This document shows, piece after piece, positions 26,869 through 34,262 of a stretch of DNA of 47,433 nucleotides. How positions within the stretch are numbered: position 1 is the stretch's first letter; every line of letters begins with the position of its first letter. Made by a program: the position numbers and the translations under genes. Source of the DNA: an uncultured virus (IMG/VR IMGVR_UViG_3300011906_000001) (lineage: Duplodnaviria; Heunggongvirae; Uroviricota; Caudoviricetes); the IMG/VR virus record IMGVR_UViG_3300011906_000001, positions 186,001 to 233,433 of that record, one strand, 5' to 3'. A model generated the notes under the pieces. The model was given only the letters and a program-made list of their open reading frames with translations, was not told the origin of the DNA and ran no database searches.

Positions 26869-28101
26869 ATGGCCAAGTCTTCCGTTGATGACAACACCGA
26901 AGCCTCAGCAAACAACGCTGAGCTTCAATCGCAACAGGCTAAGGATGGGTCTTCAACTGAGGGCTTGGCCCCTCAGAATGAAACTGAGGGTGCTGCTCCT
27001 GAAGAGCTGGTTGAACAAAGCCCGAATGAGACAGCGTCTTTGGTGCGTGAACAATATGGCATTCCCGATACCTGGAGCGCAGAGCAGGTTAACCAGTGGT
27101 TTGTAAAGGTCGCTGATCTGCCTGAAGGTACTGAGGTCTCTAAAGATGGGGTCTTCTTCAATGACCCGACGCGCGATAAGCGACCCTACGACACCTGGAG
27201 TTCCGAAGAGTTGTTGATGGCCCTTAAGGGCGACCTTGAGATCTCTGACAATAAACTCTCAGGCGTGATCAAGGAATACCGCAAGCGCTCTGAAGAGATT
27301 GAAGACGCCTGGAGTTTCCGTCAGGTGCTTGATTTCTATCGTGAAGGCGTTATCCCTGAGAAAACCGCATCTGGGGTTTGGGTATTGGATGTGACACGCA
27401 ATGAACGTCAACCATCCTCCTGGAGCACTCAGGAACTTGAAGCCTGGGCTAAAGGGGAAATCAAAGCAACCAGTCGGGCGCCTGATAACAAACTGGCTGT
27501 TGAGCTTAAGAATCGCCTCAAGCTTAACTCCAAGAGCAATAACCCGGCGGATGTGATTGCAGCTTATAAAGGCGCAACCCAGCGCGCCGAGCAATCCCCA
27601 GAAACGCCTCAAACGTCAGCAGTTAAAGCCACCCAACCTTCCGCTTCCTCCCCTGCTTCTCAAGAAACTGTTAAAGGGCTTACCCACATGAACCTGTCGT
27701 ACATTGACAGCACCTTAGAGCGCTACGCCGACGCTGTCAAGCCTGGCAAGCCGGTCAGTGAACAAATTGGTGCTTCTGAAACCACCAAGCTTGAAAACAT
27801 GTTCCAATACGTGATCAAGCTTGAACCTGAAGGCATGGTTGCCGGCCTTGAGCGCATTAAAGCGTTTGTGACCAAGCACCGTGAAGGACTGTTCAGTCCC
27901 TCCAATGCTCACCGCTTTGATCACATGCTGCGCAAGGAAGGCGATTTCAAAGAGCGCCACATCAACTTTGTTGAGCTGCTCATGATCTACACCGATCCGA
28001 ATAAGGACGTGCGTCAGCAATGCGATATTCGTTATCTGTTGGCCAAGCAACCTGAAGATCGTCAAGACATGCTGGTGGAATACTTCACCAAAGTGGCTTA
28101 A
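26869..28101 (+). CDS. Hypothetical protein with tandem Trp-Ser (WSxxQV/WSxxEL) repeats
   Basis: 410-aa ORF with a GAGG SD and an internal two-fold repeat. Confidence 0.85.
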   Translation: MAKSSVDDNTEASANNAELQSQQAKDGSSTEGLAPQNETEGAAPEELVEQSPNETASLVREQYGIPDTWSAEQVNQWFVKVADLPEGTEVSKDGVFFNDPTRDKRPYDTWSSEELLMALKGDLEISDNKLSGVIKEYRKRSEEIEDAWSFRQVLDFYREGVIPEKTASGVWVLDVTRNERQPSSWSTQELEAWAKGEIKATSRAPDNKLAVELKNRLKLNSKSNNPADVIAAYKGATQRAEQSPETPQTSAVKATQPSASSPASQETVKGLTHMNLSYIDSTLERYADAVKPGKPVSEQIGASETTKLENMFQYVIKLEPEGMVAGLERIKAFVTKHREGLFSPSNAHRFDHMLRKEGDFKERHINFVELLMIYTDPNKDVRQQCDIRYLLAKQPEDRQDMLVEYFTKVA

Positions 28102-28113
28102 GCGTCAAAACAG

Positions 28114-28148
28114 CATAAATCCCTTCCCTTAATTGGGAAGGGATTATG
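28114..28148. terminator. Bidirectional terminator hairpin
   Basis: CATAA-ATCCCTTCCC-TTAATT-GGGAAGGGAT-TATG. Confidence 0.85.
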
Positions 28149-28267
28149 TCCGTGCGTAAACAGTAGCCTTAAAAACGTCTATAACGCGATTTAAGAAGGA
28201 TTCTCTTGTATAGCTAAGGAAAGCCTAAGGTCATGGTCTTTCATCGCGTATAGCGTCATACAGAGGC

Positions 28268-28663
28268 TTACTCAAACAACCGATTAACCCGAGTAGTCTG
28301 ATTAAGCAGTTCAGCTAAAGCCCTGGCCTGGGAAACAGGGCCTGAGGCAAAGCAATCAGTTAATAGCATATTGTGTTCACACACTAACACACGAAGTTCA
28401 GCGAAGAGCACCTCGTTCTCGGTTACCCATTGAAGCCAGAGCGCTTTATATTCAGTATACAGATCGACTGAAAGATCAAGTGGCGGTTTACCTTTGCCGA
28501 CCCTCCAGTCATCGCTGTATACCCGATAGCCCTTAACGTCTAACTGATACGCCTGTTCTATTGTTCGGCCATCTGATAGACGCGCCACTAATGCTGAAAA
28601 CCGTTTATCACCTTTCGTGGAAACCTCAAATCCTCCTACGCCACGCCTAGCCCAGGTAAAGAC
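28268..28663 (-). CDS. Start-less ~131-aa domain (NADAR/YbiA-like motifs), probably made as a -1 frameshift extension of the DNA polymerase subunit
   Basis: The frame reads VFTWARRGVGGFEVSTKGDKRFSALVARLSDGRTIEQAYQLDVKG... There is no ATG/GTG/TTG between the in-frame TAA (28684-82) and GTG 28588. Confidence 0.7.
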   Translation of the reverse strand, partial: VFTWARRGVGGFEVSTKGDKRFSALVARLSDGRTIEQAYQLDVKGYRVYSDDWRVGKGKPPLDLSVDLYTEYKALWLQWVTENEVLFAELRVLVCEHNMLLTDCFASGPVSQARALAELLNQTTRVNRLFE

Positions 28664-28684
28664 TTTTTTGAACGATGGTCCTTA
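28635..28684 (-). other. Candidate programmed -1 frameshift signal (TAAGGA + A_AAA_AAG + hairpin)
   Basis: SD-like element at 28684-79, heptamer at 28669-63 in the polymerase frame, 6-nt spacer, imperfect hairpin at 28656-35. Confidence 0.6.
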
Positions 28685-30558
28685 TAGGCTGCTAAGAGGG
28701 CATCAAGCTTAGGCATCCCCATGATTTTCTGACAAATCTCAATCGCATTTGTCTTCCCGCCCGTTAGGTTAACTCCTATCTCACGCTTCCATCGTTCAGG
28801 AATGCCCTTGATAGCCGAGAGTTCCATTACACAAGTTTCTCGTGCAATGTTCAATATTTGCGAGACATTTGGATAAGTTGATACGATATCGAGGTCAGCC
28901 ACATGACAGTAAATTAATGACTTATAATGGGGCATCTCCTCTATGCAACGCATACCCTCTGGCGCGACCATATACGAAGGCAGCGTTATAATCCAGTCTT
29001 TATGACTAACCACCAAGGCATCGAGCTCGGTGAGCATCTGATCAGAGGTTGTACCGATGACGCAGGGTTCTTTTCGGTTCAAGTACCAAAAGTGCATGTC
29101 GTCAATCAAACGCTTAGGGTTTGAGTTAAAGTTCTTATAATCGGAGTTCTTAGAATACATCGAGATGCTAGAGGCCAGATCTTTGGTCTTCTCATCCAAC
29201 TGTTCTAGTCGAACACTGTCAACGATGTTATAAATACCGTATTCGATTTTGTAGTTGGATTGCATCTCTTCATGCCAACGCAGTCCGGTGAGGTGATCGA
29301 CTTCAGGGAACTTCAACTTACGGTAATCAACCTCAATCTCAAATTCGTCGCCTTGTGCCCAACTGGAAAAGTTATCCGTCTTGTTGAGGAGTTCTCCATT
29401 GCGATATAGGTAGATAAAGCCGCCCCGATGTTTGACCAATGCTTCATCAACGGCTTCTTTAAATTCATCCATGTCCGCTTGGGTGTTAACCACAACGGAT
29501 TTATCGTAATTGAGTTCTTTGCTCAAAATGGCATCAAGGGCATAACTGCTTTCTTTACCATCTGCCAATCGTGTGATGCGATAGGTGGTCATGGCATCAA
29601 TAGGCTGGAAGGTAGCCGGACAAGTCACCCAGTTCCAAATGTCTTCAGGGCCTTTGGTTTTATCTTTACCCGAGGCCGTGGTCATTTTAGATTGACCTTT
29701 TTTATATTCAAAGAACTTATACCGATCAGGAACGGTAGGGTCAGTGAATACATCGGCGGGGTTTATATTCTCACTGTTCAAGGCCCGCAGAATTTTGCTC
29801 ATGTCAAAGTCCATGTTCCAGAACGACCAGAAATCTGGCTTCCATTCATGAAGCTTATCGATGCACATCGTGACGATTTGAGCGGGGGTGTCGGCTATCA
29901 ACACTTCAATGGAGAGGTTTCGCTCTTTAATCAAATCCCCAATGAGTGCTTGAGCTTTTAGATGAGTCTGCTCAATCGGGTTATCAATATCAGCGACCCA
30001 GTCTTTTAAGTAAACAAGTCTCACCTGTTCCTTATGACTGACGCTCATGCAGATGATAACATCCTCACCCCCTCTAAATGAGCGCACCACGTTGGTCTCA
30101 ATATCACCGCCTGCGACCAAGTTAAGACTCATCACGTTGGGATATTTTTCATGATAGTCGTTTTTAAGCAAAGCGGATGAGGATATATCTGCCCCGTACA
30201 AATACGGACTGCGAGCCAATTGACGCAAGTAGGGGTTAGGCCCTGCTGAGAAATTGCGGGTCACCTGAGCGATGCGTTTGGTTAGTTCGAACTGCTTACA
30301 CTTGTATTCCTGAAGATTAGATAACAACTCATAATCTTTCTTTTCTTGATGGTTCTGCAAGCCTTTATGCGTGATCCAAAAAGGCCTTTCATAATCTTCT
30401 TTTAGCTTTAATCGTGGAACCTTGGTCCCATCTTTAAGGTGGATAACCTCTTTAACCACCAAACAGTCATGCTGTCCATCTTTCTGATCAAGGACATAGG
30501 TGATGTGCTTAGGTTCAATCCCAAGCACATCTTCACGTTTAATATTAGGGCGATCCAT
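28636..30558 (-). CDS. Split family B DNA polymerase, exonuclease plus motif A subunit (phiKZ gp82-like)
   Basis: ExoI DIET, ExoII WNMDFD, ExoIII YNIVD and PolB motif A DLDIVSTYPN are present. Motifs B and C are absent, consistent with the known split polymerase. Confidence 0.88.
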   Translation of the reverse strand: MDRPNIKREDVLGIEPKHITYVLDQKDGQHDCLVVKEVIHLKDGTKVPRLKLKEDYERPFWITHKGLQNHQEKKDYELLSNLQEYKCKQFELTKRIAQVTRNFSAGPNPYLRQLARSPYLYGADISSSALLKNDYHEKYPNVMSLNLVAGGDIETNVVRSFRGGEDVIICMSVSHKEQVRLVYLKDWVADIDNPIEQTHLKAQALIGDLIKERNLSIEVLIADTPAQIVTMCIDKLHEWKPDFWSFWNMDFDMSKILRALNSENINPADVFTDPTVPDRYKFFEYKKGQSKMTTASGKDKTKGPEDIWNWVTCPATFQPIDAMTTYRITRLADGKESSYALDAILSKELNYDKSVVVNTQADMDEFKEAVDEALVKHRGGFIYLYRNGELLNKTDNFSSWAQGDEFEIEVDYRKLKFPEVDHLTGLRWHEEMQSNYKIEYGIYNIVDSVRLEQLDEKTKDLASSISMYSKNSDYKNFNSNPKRLIDDMHFWYLNRKEPCVIGTTSDQMLTELDALVVSHKDWIITLPSYMVAPEGMRCIEEMPHYKSLIYCHVADLDIVSTYPNVSQILNIARETCVMELSAIKGIPERWKREIGVNLTGGKTNAIEICQKIMGMPKLDALLAAYKDHRSKKSLPGLGVA

Positions 30559-30676
30559 GATAAATCCTTACTGGATAGGTAACTCGTGTAAGATAACAGC
30601 GGTGGGTATTTATTGGTCGATTGCCCGTAACTGTATGACCGATCCACTGTTAACCTAGCCATTTAAGGGCTGTCCC

Positions 30677-31990
30677 ATGACTTCTGCATTGACGGTATCC
30701 AATGAGGTGATTAGCGTAAGTAATAAACGGCTGTTAGGGTCTTTATTGCTTGAGGTGATCACCCGCATCAAAGAAGACCTTTCAGGCCCTAAACGTACCT
30801 GTAAGGACAGCGATCTGAACGACATCATGACGATCGTTAAAGCTCAAACGGGCATTGTGATTACAAGCGTCACGATAAGACCGCGTGAGATGGCTAACGC
30901 AGGCGCGATTGTCTTCACCATGGGCGGTCATGCCACCAGTGATTATTCGTTCACTAAAGGCAACCTGTGGGGCTTTAAAGGCGAAGACGTTGACAAGGTG
31001 ATCTTCAATACCGTGATTGACCTTGATAACGCTAAAATCAAAGGTCCGATTACCCAACACCTCACCACTAAATTGGTCTTTAATGAAGGGCTTTTTAATG
31101 GGGATGTTAATCTCACCCCTGAAGAGATCACCGCCATCACCCTTCACGAAATAGGTCACATGTTCAATGTCTTTTTGACCTTGGGTGATTATGTGTGGCT
31201 TAACTACTACCTTTCGGATGGAGTTGACATCGTCCTTGGGAAAAAGCCTAACAAATACAAGCTTGAGATATTGACGCCTCGTGGACTTGAAGCGGCTATT
31301 AAAGACCCTAAAGACCGGGAAGAATTTAAGAAAGACCCCACTAAAGCCAACACCCGTCGGGCACTCTTAACCGCTTTTAGGATGAAGCCCAGGCATTATC
31401 TTCACTCCAAAGAACTCAATACCACCATCCGGCGGGATGAACAGCTGGCGGATCTTTTTGCTTCACGCATGGGATTTGGACGGGCTTTTGTAACCGGTAA
31501 CGATAAACTGGACCGTTACTATGGAAGTCATTATATTCAGTCTAAGTCAAGCTTTCTGATGACGGAGGCGTTTAAGACCGTTTCAACCATCATTGGCGTG
31601 GGTCTGCTTCCCATTTATGGTTTGGGGTTGATCTGGTTGGTGGTGGCGTCAAACTTCTATGCTCATGATGTCAATACCCATCCACGGTATGACAATCCTA
31701 CAGAGCGCGCTAACAAGATTAGACGCGATTTGATCGCTCAACTTAAAGCGTTCTCCAACGACCCTCATATGAGGCAGTCATTAAATGACGATATCAAGGC
31801 CATTGATATTCTGCTTAATGATTACCATCAAAAAAGAACCCTGTGGATGGTATTGACCCAAGTGTTTTCCACAGACAAAAGAAGGCAATGGCAAGCCAAG
31901 CAGCAAGAAGAGGTTCTAGAGAGCCTGCTTCACAATGATCTGTTTGTTGCCACCCAGCGTTTTGATCAACTTAACCAATCGAGAGTTTAA
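30677..31990 (+). CDS. Virion protein (gp84-like) with HEXXH zincin motif and hydrophobic segment
   Basis: EEITAITLHEIGH, DEQLADLFA, YDNPTERANKI and a hydrophobic stretch IIGVGLLPIYGLGLIWLVVA. Confidence 0.8.
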   Translation: MTSALTVSNEVISVSNKRLLGSLLLEVITRIKEDLSGPKRTCKDSDLNDIMTIVKAQTGIVITSVTIRPREMANAGAIVFTMGGHATSDYSFTKGNLWGFKGEDVDKVIFNTVIDLDNAKIKGPITQHLTTKLVFNEGLFNGDVNLTPEEITAITLHEIGHMFNVFLTLGDYVWLNYYLSDGVDIVLGKKPNKYKLEILTPRGLEAAIKDPKDREEFKKDPTKANTRRALLTAFRMKPRHYLHSKELNTTIRRDEQLADLFASRMGFGRAFVTGNDKLDRYYGSHYIQSKSSFLMTEAFKTVSTIIGVGLLPIYGLGLIWLVVASNFYAHDVNTHPRYDNPTERANKIRRDLIAQLKAFSNDPHMRQSLNDDIKAIDILLNDYHQKRTLWMVLTQVFSTDKRRQWQAKQQEEVLESLLHNDLFVATQRFDQLNQSRV

Positions 31991-31994
31991 TTCC

Positions 31995-32441
31995 ATGCAA
32001 ATCGCCTACCAACTGGCCCGTCAACTTAAGACCATCCAATCGCCGAACAACAATGACCGCCTCGCACGCGCCATGTTCTTGGTTAACGCGGTGGCGTATA
32101 GCACGCCTATTCCACAGAACATTTCAGGCATTCAGTTTATTGAAGATACCCTGCCGACCTTCAAGAAGCTTGTCAGCGAAATCAATGAGACGACTCCCGT
32201 TGATCCCAAGCTGTGTTTGGCGCTGTTTACTCAAGCACTGCGTATTCGCTATGAGTTGGTCAATCGTGTCAGCGACCCGGCTATCATCTCCATGGCACTG
32301 CGTTCACTGACCGCTGAAGACCATCAGAATGCTGAACAACTGGCCATGAGCGAATGGTTGACCAGCCGCCCTGAGTTCACTGCTCAACAGAACCTCATGA
32401 GTCAACTCATTGAAGAGTTCAATGCTGACACTCAACAATAA
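31995..32441 (+). CDS. Putative virion protein (gp85-like by synteny)
   Basis: ATG lies 4 nt after the upstream stop, within the structural gene block. Confidence 0.7.
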   Translation: MQIAYQLARQLKTIQSPNNNDRLARAMFLVNAVAYSTPIPQNISGIQFIEDTLPTFKKLVSEINETTPVDPKLCLALFTQALRIRYELVNRVSDPAIISMALRSLTAEDHQNAEQLAMSEWLTSRPEFTAQQNLMSQLIEEFNADTQQ

Positions 32442-32451
32442 GGATTAGATC

Positions 32452-33732
32452 ATGCAAGATACCCTACATGAACCCGAAGTTCAGGAAGAGGTGCTTGAAG
32501 AAGCACAAGAGCCTGATGCAGGTGAAATTGAGCAGGCGATTGAAGAGCAAATCACTGGCGATGAAGTGCCTCCGACTGAAGCTGAGGTAGAAGCGTTGGT
32601 TGAGAACGTCACCTCCTTGGAATGGTTGGTGGACCTTCAGTACACCATCTCCAAAGAAGGCGTGTCGCAATCGGATATCCACACGCTTAATCAAATTCGA
32701 GAAAAAGCCCTTCAGCGAGGTTTTGACCTTAATCCCTGTGCATCGCTTGAGCATTACAGCACAGGCGGTTTTACTCAAGACCGAAGCTTTTTGAATCTTA
32801 ACGTCTCTCAAGAAGGGATTGGTCAAACAATCCTTGAGCTGATTAAAGAATGGATCAAGCGCTTTAAGGAATGGGTGATTAAGGCCATCCGTTACGCCAA
32901 GAACCGTCAGCACATGGACGCTAAGGTTAAAGCCAAGCTGGATCGGGTGCTGGGTAACTTAGATGAAATCCGTGAGGCCTCGATTAAATGGCGTGCCATG
33001 TCGCCAGGCGTTCGGGATCATGGTGATGAGTTCCAAGCCAATGCTGAAGAAGCGGCTAAGAATCCTAAGCTCAAACGCTGCGCTGTAACCCTGGGGTTCT
33101 TTGGACACACCTTCTATTGGACGGATCTTAAAGAACTTCAGATCAAAGCCCGCCGTCAAGTGACGGGGTTGGAAAAAGCCATTGACGAATTTAAACAATT
33201 CGTTAAAGGTTCAATTGACACCCCTAATACCAATGAGCATGTATTGGCAGGGTTTAAGGAAGTCAATGAGTCGGCGCAGCGGATGTTGATGGATGATCCT
33301 AACCCGAACTACCTGACCAATGAGCTGACGGTGGAGGTCTTTGAAGCCCCCATTATGAAGATGCAGCGGATGTACATCGGTTATGAGTTCTTGATCGATG
33401 GCTATACTCAGGCCAGTGATTTCCTGCGTGAGCTCAATTCCGTTCGGGCAACAATCGATCAAGATCACCAATCGGCGCACATCACTGGAGTGATTCAGGT
33501 GATCAATGATTGCTACCTTGAGATGGAGAAGCTGATTAACTTCTTTGTTGAGGCTCGCAAGATCCAGATTGCAGCCGTGAATGCCTATTACCAATATTGG
33601 AATAAAGCCTTCACGATTGCCTTTAACGACATGATGCCTAATAAGCTTGTGCCGGATCTGGTTAAAAAGCAAGCCATGAAAACCAAAGACTCGATCAATA
33701 GCTCGCTTCGTTCAGCAGGCGTTGTGTTTTAA
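32452..33732 (+). CDS. Internal head protein (gp86-like) with acidic propeptide
   Basis: Glu-rich N-terminus; S-x-E sites TSLE, ASLE and VSQE, the prohead protease motif known in phiKZ. Confidence 0.75.
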   Translation: MQDTLHEPEVQEEVLEEAQEPDAGEIEQAIEEQITGDEVPPTEAEVEALVENVTSLEWLVDLQYTISKEGVSQSDIHTLNQIREKALQRGFDLNPCASLEHYSTGGFTQDRSFLNLNVSQEGIGQTILELIKEWIKRFKEWVIKAIRYAKNRQHMDAKVKAKLDRVLGNLDEIREASIKWRAMSPGVRDHGDEFQANAEEAAKNPKLKRCAVTLGFFGHTFYWTDLKELQIKARRQVTGLEKAIDEFKQFVKGSIDTPNTNEHVLAGFKEVNESAQRMLMDDPNPNYLTNELTVEVFEAPIMKMQRMYIGYEFLIDGYTQASDFLRELNSVRATIDQDHQSAHITGVIQVINDCYLEMEKLINFFVEARKIQIAAVNAYYQYWNKAFTIAFNDMMPNKLVPDLVKKQAMKTKDSINSSLRSAGVVF

Positions 33733-33738
33733 GATGGA

Positions 33739-33773
33739 CATAGTCCCCTCCCCAATCAAGGGGAGGGGTTATG
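33739..33773. terminator. CATA...TATG-flanked hairpin
   Basis: CCCCTCCCC-AATCAA-GGGGAGGGG. Confidence 0.8.
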
Positions 33774-33806
33774 CTTATTTGACCTGAGAATTAAAGCGAG
33801 GCAATT

Positions 33807-34223
33807 ATGCTAGAGGCGATGGTAGGTAATATCCCACCTAGACGAAAAGGTAGAATCTATTCAACCACTGTTCAACCGGTTAAGTATTTCGATGCCGCTG
33901 ATAGAATGGGAGCAGGATCTTGGAGACCTACTTCGGTTCTATCTGCCATAAGACTGAACATGGACCCTCGCTATGATGACTTAGTCTATGCTATGGAATG
34001 GGGTTATAATAATTTCCATAAAGGTCCTTTAGGTTGGTTTACCATTCAATTTCGGGGCCAGTCGGCATTTGAAGCTGATTGGCCTAAAATTGCCTACTTC
34101 GATGATCAACCTATGTTTTATGTTGGAAAGGAATTGTTTAGCGATACAGTATGGCGCGTCTGGTATGTCCCTCTTCGAAGCATGCCGTTTGATGAAAATC
34201 GAATTTATACACTTGAGATCTGA
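33807..34223 (+). CDS. Hypothetical aromatic-rich protein
   Basis: GAGG SD; 138 aa; sits between two related hairpins. Confidence 0.7.
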   Translation: MLEAMVGNIPPRRKGRIYSTTVQPVKYFDAADRMGAGSWRPTSVLSAIRLNMDPRYDDLVYAMEWGYNNFHKGPLGWFTIQFRGQSAFEADWPKIAYFDDQPMFYVGKELFSDTVWRVWYVPLRSMPFDENRIYTLEI

Positions 34224-34258
34224 CATAAGCCCTCCCCAATTAAGGGGAGGGTTTTATG
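34224..34258. terminator. Bidirectional terminator hairpin
   Basis: CATAAG-CCCTCCCC-AATTAA-GGGGAGGG-TTTTATG between convergent genes. Confidence 0.85.
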
Positions 34259-34262
34259 CCGA

